NCBI GenBank assembly: GCA_003971905.1
Contig: RSEE01000127.1
Coordinates: forward strand, 62,001-126,000
Length of the DNA: 64,000 nt
Direction: 5' to 3'
Source of the DNA: Moniliella sp. 'wahieum'
Lineage: Eukaryota
Below, piece after piece: positions 27,094 to 40,729 of this stretch. Made by a program: the position numbers and the translations under genes. The notes under the pieces were generated by a model. It was not told the DNA's origin and did no database searches. It worked only from the letters and a program-made list of their open reading frames with translations. Every line of letters starts with the position of its first letter. Within the stretch, counting starts at the first letter, position 1.

Positions 27094-28132
27094 ATGCCCG
27101 ACTCTACCCCGATTTACAACGCGCTGGTTGCCGTTATTCCGGCCGGCATCCGCAATGAGACGCCAGCTTCGCTCCTGGCGTGGACCCCGCCCCAAACGCC
27201 CATGTCGTCCGCGCGTCTGTCGTCACCGCTGCCGTCGTCTATCTCAGCATCGTCTTTGGTCTGCAGGCGTTTATGCGTTCGCGCCCTGCGGCTGGCAAAG
27301 GCTCCGTATTCCGATCCGTTTTCCTCCTGCACAACATTCTCCTCGCGAGCGGAAGTGGCCTCTTGTTGGCACTCATTCTGGAAGATGTGCTGCCTGTTTG
27401 GAGGAGTGGGGGATTGTTCCATGCTGTATGCTCGCCCACAGCCTGGAGGCCACACCTCGAAACGTACTACATCATCAACTACTACTTCAAGTATTGGGAG
27501 CTGGCGGATACAATCTTCCTCGTCCTCAAAAAGAAGCCTCTCCAATTTTTGCACGTCTACCACCACGCAGCCACTGCCGCCCTTTGCTGGACCCAGCTGA
27601 TGGGCAAGACGAGCGTATCTTGGGTAGTCATTTCGCTCAACCTGACTGTCCACGTCTTGATGTGTATGTACTCTTTTTGTGCTGTTCTGAAGCTTGAAGC
27701 TTGAAGCTTGAAGCTTGAAAGAGGACTAACGTCGAACCCTACTTTCCAGACTTTTACTATGCCCTGTCGACCCTCCGCATTCCTTGCCCTTGGAAGAAAG
27801 CGGTAACCGTGGCGCAGATCACCCAGTTTTTCATCGATCTATTCTTCGTCTACGGCTGCACCTATACCTTCTACGCGCACAAGTATGCTGACGGCATCTT
27901 GCCGCATTGGGGAACTTGCTATGGTACCCCCTTTGCCGCTTTCTCGGGATGCGCCATCTTGTCCTCCTACCTCTTCTTTATTTCCTTTTACCGTTCCACC
28001 TACAACAAAGCGCCCAAACGTGCCTTGGCCAACGGCAAAGCCACCTCCAATGGCAATGGCATTGCCAATGGCAAAGTCACCGCCAATGGCAAAGTCACCG
28101 CCAACGGTAATGGCACCACCAAAAAGGAGTAA
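27094..28132 (+). CDS. Fatty acid elongase (GNS1/SUR4, ELO family)
   Basis: YYIINYYFKYWELADTIFLVLKKKPLQFLHVYHH, SWVVISLNLTVHVLM, QITQFFIDL; C-terminal KKE ER-retrieval-like end; intron 27664-27749. Confidence 0.93.
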
Positions 28133-28264
28133 GTGTATGCGCACATACGAGCCGCTAAAGTAAACCTATGTATCGACATTACACACCCGTCTTGGGGACC
28201 TTGGGGCCACCATGCTAGTCTGCATTTTCGTAATATGCTCACGATTATGCCATCATATCGCACC

Positions 28265-28320
28265 CTCTCCTCTCCTCTCCTCTCCTCTCCTCTCCTCTCT
28301 CTCCGCTCCGCTCCGCTCCC
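28265..28320. repeat. (CTCTC)n/(CTCCG)n pentamer microsatellite downstream of the elongase
   Basis: Read directly. Confidence 0.85.
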
Positions 28321-29090
28321 TTTTTTCTTCCTTGAGCCATGTTATCAGCGCCCCTGGCATATCTTGGGATCACCTTTGAGATGGTGCTTTTACTCGGGGT
28401 TCATACTATCTATGCCACATCTTCCTCTTCTTAGTGGGTGGCTGAGAGGTGGTGAGAGCGAAATTGTACGGAGGGGCGTGCTGTTGCGCTCTCGAGTATG
28501 CTGACCGCGTTGGCCAGGTTGGCACCTCCAACTAGTACACTCAGGTCCGCGACGTGACGCGTGCGCTCAGTCTTTCGACAGCGTAGGCGTACCAAAGTTG
28601 CGTAACGTTCAGCTGAACTTCAGTCCTCTACAGGTCGAGGTGTGATGGTAAGGCCAAGGCATAGTTGTGGAGTGTCGAAGCATTCGCGGGGTAAAGCTTA
28701 AAAGCTTCCAATAGTGTTAACTTTGACACTGAGAATGCCGGGCGTAAGAGCTGGTACCTCCGATCAGGAAGTTCGATAGCCCCGACCAATGAGGTCATCA
28801 AGTCGTCTTGCTATTTGTGGGCGGCGTCAGCGCACAGCGACGCACACAACTGGTGCGTGCCCGCCTTTGTGCGCGGGCGCACGCTTCGGCGCTTCGCTCC
28901 TGTTCGAGAGGCGTCACAGTGGGCTTGAATTCGGCACGCAATACTCAGTAGTGGTCACTAGGTCACTAGCTGTCGCGGCAATGGAATTCCCGAGCTAATA
29001 GGTGGCCCCGGCGGTTAAAAAGGGCCGCGCACAGGCCTGTCCATCTTGGCCTGCATCCTCCACCTCCACCTCACCTTTCGTTCCTTTCGC

Positions 29091-30239
29091 ATGTCTATTC
29101 CCACTCAGCAGCTCGCTTCCGTTTGGACCAAGGAAGAAACCCCGCCTGTCGTCGAGACCCGGCCTGTGCCTACCCCAGCTGCGGATGAGGCTCTGATTGC
29201 TGTCGTGAGCACTGCGATCAACCCCGTTGACTGGAAAATCATCGACCATGGCTATTTCATCAAGCCCCCCAGCGTTCTGGGCTCCGACGCAGCCGGTACA
29301 ATCGCCGCGGTAGGGTCAGACGTCAAGAACTTCAAGGTACGTATTTGATTTGTGTTGTTTCTAAGGTCGGGAAGGGCTGACGTTTTTGTTCCTTGCCTCC
29401 TTTCCCAGGTCGGTGACCGCGTCTTCTTCCAGGGCCTCATTGGCAACATTGAGCGCTCTACTTTCCAGCAATACGTTACCATTCCAGCCTCTCTCCTGGC
29501 ACGCACCCCTGCCAATGTGTCGGACGACGAGGCAGCTGGGATCTCCTTGGCAGCTACGGCTGCCTGGACCGGGCTGTATGCCGAGCAAGGCGCTGCGATT
29601 TCCCCCGCCCCTTGGGATGAGGGAGGTGCGCAAACAGGAAAGGGAAAGGCACTCATTGTCCTAGGTGGATCGTCTAGCGTGGGACAATACGCGATCCAGC
29701 TCGCCCGGCTGTCTGGCTTCCGCGTCGTGACCAACTCTTCCTCTGCCCACACCGCATGGCTGAAGAAGTTGGGTGCGGATGTGGTGTTGGACCGTCACTC
29801 TGCGACGGTGGAAGACTTTGTCCAAGCGCTGGACGGCAAGCCCCTAGTCGCCGTCCAGGATGCAGTCTCGCTCGACGACTCGCAAGCCTTGGCAGTAGAA
29901 ATCATCAAGAAGTACAACGAGGTTAGCAAGAGCACGGCCGTGCTTCCCATTATCACCGACTTGAACCCTACTGAGCCCAGTGTCAAGGCTGCGGCCGAGG
30001 CGAGCCCTGCGATCAAGTTCAGGCACATTGTCGGTATTGGCCACACACCTGTGCTGCGCCCTCAAGCAGAGAAGTTTGTTGTCGCCGTCAGTGGCTGGCT
30101 GGAGCGTGGCGAGTTCTTCCCCAACCGGCCGGAGGTGACTCCTGGAGGCCTCAACGGCATCCCGGCTGCCTTGGAGAAGAACAAGAAGGGCGTGAGCGGC
30201 ATCAAGGTCGTCATCCGCCCTCATGACACCCAAGCTTGA
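29091..30239 (+). CDS. MDR-superfamily oxidoreductase (enoyl-reductase-like, zinc-binding dehydrogenase family)
   Basis: AINPVDWK, LGSDAAGTIAAVGSDVKNFK/VGDRVF, LGGSSSVGQYAIQLARLSGF, KGVSGIKVV; intron 29337-29408. Confidence 0.92.
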
Positions 30240-30612
30240 TTTCTTAAGGTGGAAAGGAAAGGTTGTCTTGGGTATGAAGATCTTTTGGTGCCAAATGCCG
30301 ATTTGGATCAATTGGATTCCCATATTGTTTACAACATGAGCGCTGAGCGCCTTCCGTGTTGTGCTGATTCCGGGGATGCTGGTGCCCTTCGAGAGTGATA
30401 GACCAATGGGATATGTCGTAGGCAACTAACTGTTAAACGTTACGCGTTACGCTTCGAGTATGCAGATGTATCAAGCTGCGATGGTGCTCATTGCATGGAT
30501 GAATGAATGCCTCTGGTCGAGAGCATTTATGATGTAGTACAACAAAAGTAACCCGTGGACTTTTATCACGAGCGAACAAAACTATAGCGACGTCTGAAGA
30601 AACACGCCTCGA

Positions 30613-32245
30613 TCAGGCTAGGAGGCGCACGCGCCGAGCATAGAACCGGCGCTCAAGCGACAACTCTACAGTGTACCCTGGCAGCGCACGAGCATCCAGC
30701 ACGCGCAGGGAGGGGAGGTACCGGTTCGTCCCTGAGCTGCGAGCTACCTCGGGCTGGCCCTCAGCCAAGAGGCGGAGCACATGGCGGTCAAAGATGGGAG
30801 AACAGCTCACGTCGAGCCACACCAATTGCGGCAAAGCCGCGTGGAGCGTGTTGAGGATCTGGGTGTGGCGGTACTGCCGTACTGTAGCGTCCGTTTCCGA
30901 CTCGGTGCTGAGCTGAATCGAAATGGAAGAGCACCCGGCAAGGGAAAGGTATTGTAAATGCACAAAAGCCGATAGAAACGAGACTGGTATGACGGCCCAC
31001 CTCGGTGCCATGGACGCAGCGCTTCCGTTGTGCAATGTGCCTCGGCGGAGACTACCGTGATTTTGTTCGTCTTGCTCTTCTCGCTGGGACAGGCTCAGCT
31101 CAGACCCTGCGAGTGAGAGTTTGTGGATATGCACATTGACAGTATTCCCACTCCCTCCCGGGGCAAGCAAAAGTTCTTCCAACTCAGCTTGGGTCATACG
31201 GCAGAACGATAGATCCACCTCGTCCATCTGAGCCAACGATTCTGACGTGGTGCCATCCCACGACGGGAAACTTCAGATCAACCCCCCAAGCTGGCACGTC
31301 CTCATCAACTTGAGTATCCCAATCTTCTTCCTCGGGGGTATCCATGACCTGTCCGGATCCTGGCCAGAGCTGGCGCAGCTCAGTCGCCGTCAGAGGGGCA
31401 CAGGCAGCCATCCGTCCAGCCAAAGCCATGATGCGGAGTTTACTGGCGGTAGGAAGGGCCACAAGCGAATCCCATAGCTCATCTTGCATTAGGGAGGGGG
31501 GATCGGGGTGTTCAGCAGTCGCCAAGGAGCCATTCAATCCGCTGTGGGTCGGGACCGGCAGTCTAAGCCGGCTTGCCACTCGAGCGGCTTTACTCCTGCG
31601 ACCAAGGCGCAAGATGCGCATCAAACACATATCGCTTAAACAGATGGAATCCGACGCCTCTTTGGTCGAGGTAAAATCAGCGAGGGGCAGGGGAAAGCGG
31701 GTGGCGTCAACGGTTTGGCCCAAATACGAGGGTCGAGAACCAAGATGAGACTCGAGCGTCATCTCCAAGCTAGATGGGTCAAGAAGCGAAAACATCCACC
31801 TGGTCGACGCAGCCACTTGCTTTCTTGTCTGTCGTGCGATCTTTCCGCGCGGCAGAGACAGGGACGGAGCAGTGTGCGAAGGAGCCGAGGCAGGACCAGC
31901 CACTAATGGATTGGCCGACTCGAGGGAGAGACGGTGGTAAGCCAGTTCCAAGCCAGGTGGCATGGGCTCCGGTGCAATCTCCGCACGCCAACTCGCTGGT
32001 TGAGGCCCAGCAATTCGTGCGGCTTGAAATGCGCCAGGGACAGGCCGGGGCGGAGAGGCCAATGTGGCTGTGGCTGTGGCGAGTGACGCAACGCCATGAC
32101 GTTGGAGCGCATTGCGTTGCCGTCGCACTTCCTCCAGCCGGTCCCGCTCGATCCGCTGCGAGAAGCTCATCCGCTCCACCCTCACTCCCACCTCGGGCCG
32201 AAAGGGAATGAAGGCGCGCAACTGCTCCTCTCGCTTGGGTGCCAT
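30613..32245 (-). CDS. Hypothetical protein with C-terminal leucine-rich repeats
   Basis: Long ORF from MAPKREEQ, frameshifting into EVDLSFC..KLSLAGS..HLQYLSLAGC..QLVWLDVSCS..SLRVLD LRR-like segments. Confidence 0.6.
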
Positions 32246-32965
32246 GGTGAGAACTGAGTGGTAGCCGCAACTGTGGCGGATCAGCAGCAACAGCCGTCCC
32301 ATGTGCTGCAACCAACAACTACATTGCATCACCCATCAAACATCATCGATCGTCGATGGTCGATCATCGATCAACCACCATCTATATCGGTATTGCGTGC
32401 GGCATGGACATTTCAGCTGCGCGGCTTCAAGCTTCAAGCTGCAAGCCCGCCACTCAATAGAGGCAGAGGCAAGAACAGGTACCCATCCACATGCTACTGC
32501 CCGTCTATATATATACGGTGCGGTGGCAGCGGCAGCGCCGAACGGGACAAGGCAGATAGTAACCAGGACGAGGGTGCATGACGAGAATATACATCGGGAG
32601 CAGGAAAGCCTCAGGCAACCCAGATTCACAATGCGCACAGCGGCATGGGAGGCACCATCTCTCTGTCACCGGATGAGGGCCAGATCTCAGAGGGGAGCCA
32701 TGGTGGCGAGGATCAACCTCGACACAAGTTGAAGGGGAGAGGATCCCGTTTGAATATCCCGTAAACGAAAAACGAAGGTAGGCAAAAAAATCACACACAA
32801 TGAGAGAATAGAGGCGGGCGGGGGGGGATCCAGCAAGCGTGCAATGTCGCATGGGCGAGGCCACTAGCAAAACAAGACAAGGTGACATAGGTGCGGAGAT
32901 GTGAGGGGAACCCAGAAAAACAGACAAGGGGATGGACAATCTGAACCACTCGTTTCACCAGAGCT

Positions 32966-33873
32966 TCAGACATGAGCCAGGACGAAGGGAGTGGGTCCAT
33001 GCGCCTGAAGCGGATCCAGAAGATTAGTTTGGGAAGCAGGCGCCGCAGCAGCCCATCCGGGATCATGCACGTCGTACACCGACGACGTATCATACATGAT
33101 GTCCGAATCGGCAGAGATCATACTCGTCTCCGCAGTGCCATAACGCGACGAATCTTGGTGACTCGTCCCTGACGGGCGCGTAGAGGCGTGTGCCATGGAC
33201 TGACGGGCACCCCCACGGCGACCAGTGTAGCTGACGCTCTGGTCACCGTCTTTCCACCGGTTACTAGGGGTCCGCGCCATGCCAGCACCAGTTGAAGTGA
33301 CGCCGCGCCTGCGGGCAGAAATGTTCCCGCCTTGGGGCTCGATGGTATCGGATGGGGAGTGGGTGGACACACGGGACTGCCGCTGGCGGGACATGTGGAA
33401 TGCCTTTTTCGACACAATGGATGCTCGACGGTATCGGCTCGAACGTTTTCCAGATGTCAAGGGAGGAGGGCCCCCAATCACGGTACTGCGGCGGGAACGT
33501 TCGCGATCGAGACGTTCATCAGCCGCATGCTTTGCTGAAAGGTCGGCATTAGGACCCGCCATATTAATGGTCATCTCGCGGCCGTTGTAGTTGACCCTTC
33601 CGGGTGCAATTTCCGATAGAGACGACTGATCAGACGATTGGCGGGGGAGGTGGGGATCGGATGGATACTGCGATGGGCGGCGATGGGCGGACCTGGGAAG
33701 CCAAGACCCGATGAGCCAGTGCGGCTGTGCAGTAAGACGCCCCCAGCCAGTGGAGCCGCCGAGTCGAGCAGCGTACCCTGCTGATCCATGTCCGAAGCAG
33801 CAGAGGCTTGCTTGGGTAGTGTTGGACGGGACGCTGATGCGCTGGGTTGGTACATTGACGATTGTCCTGCCAT
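32966..33873 (-). CDS. Hypothetical Ser/Arg-rich protein
   Basis: Two adjoining minus-strand ORFs (MAGQSSMYQPS..; ..DERLDRERSRRST..) with coding-like composition; no recognisable domain; 3' end uncertain. Confidence 0.45.
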
Positions 33874-36800
33874 GCGGGTGTAAGGAAATGCCTCATGTCG
33901 GGGGGCATTGGTCTTGCTCAGGATGGCTGAAATCAGGATGCAATGAAAAAGACACCGCCCAACACACACGCAATCGCAATGATGGCATTGATGGTAATTC
34001 CGGAAGTGTTGTCGAAGTGCAGAATTTGGTCGGTGCGCATGGTCTTGATTTCGGATTGGATGACATGGCGGTCGGTGCCGGAAAACAGGGGATGGGAGTG
34101 GTTCTTAGAAGCAGAGTGCGAAGATGCATTGGTTGGCAGGCTCGTCGTAGCCTGTCGAGCAAGAAGGGAGAAGGTGTTGGTGGCAGTGGATGGATGACCA
34201 AAGGAACGCATTACCGAGCGAGCCTGCGGGAGAGCACCTGTAGGCGGAGATGGGGCTGGATGCGAGCCAAGGTGGCATGAGCCGCCGCAGCCGGATGGTG
34301 GGCATTGGAGCGGCGGCGGAAACGAGTGTGTGTGCAGGGGGGCCACGATGGGCAGGCGTGTGGTGGTGGTGGCGGCGGTGGCAGCGGCGGGAGTGGTTGC
34401 GGATCAGTGGGCACAGCAGAGCGAGCATGTTGCCCTTGACGCTCCCAGCGAGACGATCGGAATGCCAGGCGACCAGCACCCTGAGTAGATCGGCACGGGC
34501 GACACCGCACAGCGCCTGTGTGAAGCAACCCCGACTGAACCACGGCGCTTGGGCACTGTGGTTTGGGTGCAGGAGGGCTAGGGTTGCCGGATGTGACGAG
34601 CGTTTGATCGGCGTCAGAGCCACCTGGCATGCAGCAGCCGAGGGGGAGACAACTGCCAGCGCACACACAGGGCGCCAGCCCAGTGTCAGTCCAGTGCCTG
34701 CCCAGTGCCTGCGCTTGCACACGCCTGCACTGGCACCACCGGGCACACCCTGACATGCTGACACCACTCGCCCTCCGCGCTGGCTGTGACAAGTGCATCA
34801 CATGTGACATGCGTGACAGCGCACATTGCGTGCGAGCAGCGGCAACTTTCAACCGCCTGCGTCGATCAACCGAACGGTCAGTCGGCCATCGTCGATCACC
34901 TCCCGCTCCCACGAGAGGCTCCCAGCCATAACGCAGAACCGGCATAATGCATACCCAGTAACCGCCCCCCGCCGCCGTGGCGCCGTCGGCACCTCTGCTG
35001 TCCAGGCGCCCTGGCCGTCTGGCGCGCTCTGCCGCGTCTCTCTGCCTGCTCGACTGTCCCCGCGTATTATCATAGCGCGCACGTGCCCCCCAACCAAAAG
35101 CACACAATGCGCCTTCGGCTTCGCCTGACGCGTCGCTTGTACGGCGCCCCAGCGTACCTCCATCTCGTCTCGTCTGTGCTACACCAAACTGCTTGCCAAC
35201 TGGACCAACTTGACCGAGCTTGCAGAGGCCCAACCCAGATTGTTCCCTTTGTCGCCTACTCCCCTTCTATTGGGACAGGACAGATATCACCACGACCAAC
35301 GGATTCCTCTACCGCCGCCTGCGCCCTTACTCTTCCTGGAAGCGATGACCACGAAACAGACTCAGAAGACGAGAGGTCACACGTTGGATCGCCTCTGTTC
35401 GATTTACGATGCCAGATCAGAGGTACTAAACAGGCCAGTGTCACGGGGCGACGATGAAGTCGGTCGCGCCACCACCACTTCCTCACCCCGTCGCTCTCGC
35501 TTCTCGACTCCTCTTCCTATCACTATTCAAGCATCAAGTTTGCTATCCTTCGCTCTCGTGATTCGGTTTTTCAGCCCTTCTACAAATCCATAACAAATCG
35601 TCTCTTCTCCGCTCGCGCTCGTCGAAATGTCAAACCAACACTACACATGATTTCGACTCACTCTCTCGCCTCGTTTCTCGTCTCGGGTCCGCTTTGCCCT
35701 TGACCGTCGCCTCCTCTCTCGCCTCGTGCCTCTGGCGCTTAATCATCACTTCTTCCCTTTGACTCGCTTCCCCCGTTTGCTGTAGACCTGTTCGTCTTCC
35801 CTTTGTTCTCTTTCTCTTCTATTCTCTTCTGTAAAACCTGCCTGTTCTTACATCCAATTGTGATGGCCCAAGTCGCCCACCATTCTGACCCCCTCTCTTT
35901 CTTTTCTAGGCAAACTCCATTCTAGAAGAACCATCTTTCCGATCAGCTCGCTTGCCCTCCCTCACCATCGGGACTTCCCGCTTTCTCGTCTGGCCCCGAA
36001 CGTGCAACCTCCCCGCGCGGACGCTGCCTGGCTCTGCCCGACGAACAGTAAAGCACTACTCATGACCCTCCAACGTTCACGCCAGTGCTCCTTTTGGACT
36101 TTGGATCTGAAACGCGTTCCGTCTTCCGTGAGTCTTGTCCCGATGAGCAGGGAAGATCACCGCCTCGGAAGCGAGCAATCCCGTCACAGCCAGTACCATC
36201 CTTTTTCAAGAAAAGACAGTGCCGGGCTCGTCTCCTACATGTGGTACGGCTTCAAATCTGATACAAGCATGGCTCCATCTAGCGAAAAGCGATCAAGTCA
36301 TCACCGAAGGCCCGTAAGGTTCTCCGTTCTGTATCTGAAATGCAAAAACTGGTGCTCGAATTTGAGCACGACAAGGATATGCTTTCGACCGTACTCTATA
36401 TTACGCGGAGGAGGGCGCAAGTCATAGTGCTCCATGTGTAGGTCATCGCGCATCTTGAATCAGTTTGTAATGTGGTCTTCTCCCCCCTGTAGATGTAATT
36501 ATTCCCACGTCCCCACGCTTTTTACTTGAGTCTCGTTTGAACCCCAGATGAGTATCGTATTGCCGCCATCTGCGTCTTTATACCCTCCAAATTAGAGGAG
36601 GTGCAGTTCCAAGGGTCCGAACCAAACATTGTCCACGAATTTGTTCCCGTCCCAGGCATTTGCACATTCTATTTTCGCCACTACGCTCTCCCCAGGCGAG
36701 GTTCCGGACGAGACTGTGACGGTTGGTTCGACTGAGATGACGGAAATTGCGATCGAAGTGAATCGTACTTTGTCCAACCCACCTTTCGGGCTCTCTGCCA

Positions 36801-39800
36801 AACCAGCTGCTGTTTCTATGGCTGATCATACCGCTTGAAGAACCAATTCAACACACCCCGTCTTCCCACGCCGTCTCGATCGACTCGACCACTCCGTTGA
36901 GCCAGGCTCTTCGTAATGGAACAATGGATCGTATAGACTTGTTCGCCATATATGGTGCCGATGCGTCCCTACAACTCACTGCCCAATCTGAGGCCCCTGT
37001 TATACCATTAACCATCCTGACACCGGCCCGTCGCTATATGTCATTGCGGCACTTCACTGTCTTGATCCCCTCTCAAGAAGACACTGGATCTTTCTGCTCC
37101 ATAAGAAGACCCCGGGAGAGCAGTTGAGTCATCCAAATCACCCACTTCCACACCCCCTTGAACCACGCGTTAGCAAAAAACGAAACTAACAATCCACTGA
37201 GTGATATGGCCAAAGGAGAGTGGTACGGGGCGCTCCGGTTATCTCCGGACGCTGAGCGCTGAGCCCCGCATGTCGTAGACATCTCAGCCTAACACGCGTC
37301 AGTCCGGTTAGACTAGCGAGAGAGCCAGTCGACACCTTATCCGCATATGGTAATATATAAAAAGGGAGACTAGATCATCTGCGGCCCGCCATGGTCGCAT
37401 GGGCTTATCGGTACGATGCTTTGCGCCCATTGTGCCCAGTCTTGTCAGAACCCTTCCTGCTGCGCCCGACTACGCAGCGTCAGCACTTTGGAGGGTAAGG
37501 CTGTGCTTTAGTCTTTACCGGTTACCTCTCTGGGAAGTGTCTCGCATTCTGTCTATACCTGTCATGGGGTACTTGAGGCTCGGTTTCTTCTGTTGTATAT
37601 AAGCAGCCAGGTCTGAGGCTTGCTAGCTGTGGTCCTTGTCGACCATCCTGTCCCCTACCTTTGGTCTCCCCGACTACCAGTTCCTCTCTCGCCCTCCCAC
37701 CTTCTACCATCCTTACGCTTAGGAATTTACGACTTCAGTCGAGTGCACTGCACGCCGCGGTTCGTCTCATCTTCAGTACTCAGTAGCGCTTGCTCTTCTA
37801 TAGGACTCTGTCTGTTCCCGTCTACTACAACCCGAGTGAGTGGTAACGCTGCGAGGAATAGAGGATAACTTCGGAGCTTCTGGACCCCTTCTGCTGGTCT
37901 ATAACGACCTACGTACGCGACTCCTACCTCGGAGGGTCTGGACTGCGGAATTTGCACGCAGGCAGCCACCCAAACTAGAGGGTCTCTCCCTCGCCTCTAC
38001 ACCCGCTCGGTTCAACCAGGATCTGGAGCAGGACCTAACGTACGAGCCACTGTGATTGATCTGTCCAAGGGTTTATATCCCTAAACTACAGGGGGGTCTC
38101 ACCTCGGGACTCCCCCCATGACAGTGAGGCGTAGGCGTATATAAGCGAATCGAAACGACCAACCGTGCCACTCTACCTGGGGAGAGTAGCAAAGAAGACC
38201 GGGTCTCGACTTGCCCACTGGTGGGACGCGGAAAATGAGTTGGTGGCGCGGGATCAGGTACGACGGGAAGCGGTGCGTAGCCTATGGCATCAACACATGA
38301 CCTCCCTGGTCTCTTTGCGGAAGAAGAGGTTATCTTGCATCGCCCACTGCAGTCACCATTTCAGGTGCGAATAGCACTGGTTATAACGTTTACCGGTTAC
38401 CAGCTATATACTGATTACCTGTATTCCATTGGTAAGGCCCTCTTAAGGCCCTCAAGCCTCCGGCTCAGGACCTCAGGCCTCAGGTGCATAATCGACATGT
38501 GGACGATTGATTAGCTCGATTGGCGTTATCGATTATCAATCTCAGAGGTCTCGAAGCAATCACTGTTTGCACATTAGCCTGGTCTACCAGGGTCTATTAC
38601 TTGATCACTATGTCGACGGGACAGACGCCATCCTAGCTTTCGACCCTTTTCAGCGTTCAGCTCTCAACTCAGATGGATGCACCAGCCGCTCAGTACCCGT
38701 GGTTTTCAACAGAATGCTTGGCAGAGCAGAAGTGGAAGCGGGGCTGGTCGTCGCAGACGAGCGCAGTGGAGAGACCTTGACACGAAAAAAGGTGGCGGGG
38801 AGAGCAGGTGGTATGCGATAATGAGGCCGATGAACGATGATCGAATGATCGATCATGGATAGGCGCTATCATACACCCATGCAACAGCGCATCAGCACGC
38901 GTTAAGCGCGTCAAGCTTCAAGCTTCAAGCTTCAAGCTTCAAGTGCATCGAACACCGGTAACCGGTAACTGGTAACTGTGGTTTACCTTTTCGTAACCAA
39001 GCCACAATAGCATCACTCACGTGCATCACGCATCGCATGGCTACATGTCAGTGGTACGTAAGCGCGTAAGCTGTAAGGATGCTGCCTAGCCATATGCATC
39101 CAGGAGACCAAGGAAACGTCCTGAGACACCCCCTAAGGCTGGTGCTGCACTGGGCCGCTGAGCCGCTCATTGATTGTTCATTCATCGTGTGTGGGACACT
39201 GGCTCAATGCCCGGGAGAGATCAACAAGATCAACGTCAGGATCAGTGATCACGCGTCAAGTGTCGCTCGGTTAATGCATCTCGATCATTTTGAGCACAAG
39301 CCTCATCCACCTGTGCTTTATCCCAGGGCCCCACGCCTATGCACCGAGGGTGTGGCATGGGCAAGCAAGGCCACAGTGCTGGTCGCTGTTCGGCTTCACT
39401 TGTTCCGTTGCGAACAACTGCCATTGTCGATCATCAATTCAAGATTCAGCCAATGACATTCACCGACATCATATGTTTGCGTCCTGCATCCTCTCTCGGA
39501 CCTCATCGACCTCATCGATCAGCAATAGGTCAATCGTCCTCCTCCTTCTTGTTACATGCTATCGAGAATCGCTCTCCAAGCGCCATTTTATACATCGCGA
39601 TGATCGAAGATGATCGAATTATACGAGGAAGCTATAAACCTTGGTCGACAGTTACTAGTTACTATAGTTACTAGCTTTACTAGTTACACGCATATGTTAT
39701 CACTACAGCTCCGGGTTATCTTAATCGGTCTTATCTCTTCTTTATCGATTATCGACGTCGGAGAGCGATCAATGAGTACTGTGTTACATGGGGTATAGCC

Positions 39801-40645
39801 CTGCAGCCCTGAGATCCTGAGACCTGAGGCTGGGTCTCGCGCCTGGTATAGAGGAGAGACAGGGGTCCGAGCAAAACGGTGTAATGCGCTCATGCCCTCA
39901 CAGACAGGCCTCAGGCCCCAGGGCCTCAGGGCCTCAAGCTCAAGCTTCAAGCTTCAAGCTTCAACCTTCAAGCCACTTCGATCTGCATCACGCCTTAGGC
40001 CTTAGGGTATCAGGTATCATGCATCAAGTCCATCAGGACCTAATACAGCACTTAGCGCTTATCGATTATCGTATACACGGACGATACACGGTAACCGGTT
40101 TAACTCAAAGCCCCGAAAAGGGATAGATCGAAAATACCTCCGCAGATGTTGACGGCACTGTTTAAACCACATGTCTGTACCATGTGGTATGGCAGAGTAC
40201 AGAGATGTGATCGTGTTCATGAGATCTGAGAGTACGAATAAACGTAGTAAACATTTTACGTTGGTGCCAACCTGAATATTTACCTGTCAACTGCATGTCA
40301 ACGTTCAACAGGCCATACCTATCAACATCATCATGCATCAACCGCCATCAGTGAATCAGTGTGCAACAGCCACTTCGCGTTGTAACTCATGTCTTGAGGC
40401 ATGCGATCCGAAAGTTATCATGCATCATGCATCATGCATCATGGTACATGGTACAGGCCATGCTTAGGTCGCGCGATCACCAGCCTGAGAGCGATCATAT
40501 ATCGCTTATCCAGTTTATCGGCGAGGGATGGGGGTGGCCGTGGCGGCTAAGGATATCGATGATCATGCGTTGCACCGCCATTGGCGTCAGTACCCAGTAA
40601 CGCGTATACTATGAGCGATCTCCATTATTACCCAGTGTGATGATA

Positions 40646-40655
40646 TGTATATAAG
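40646..40655 (+). promoter_or_regulatory. TATA-like box of S53 copy A
   Basis: tgtatataag ~80 bp upstream of the ATG; kept in arm B (cttatataca, ~56049-56058). Confidence 0.5.
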
Positions 40656-40729
40656 CCTGGTTGGGCAACGCGCCCAACTTGCACTGTTCTGCCCCTGTCT
40701 GACCAGCTACCTTCGCAGCTCCTTCCGAC

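Noticed and set aside
33933..36840. ORFs of up to 340 aa in the GC-rich and pyrimidine-rich interval
   Set aside because: No recognisable domains, low-complexity translations and overlapping frames on both strands.
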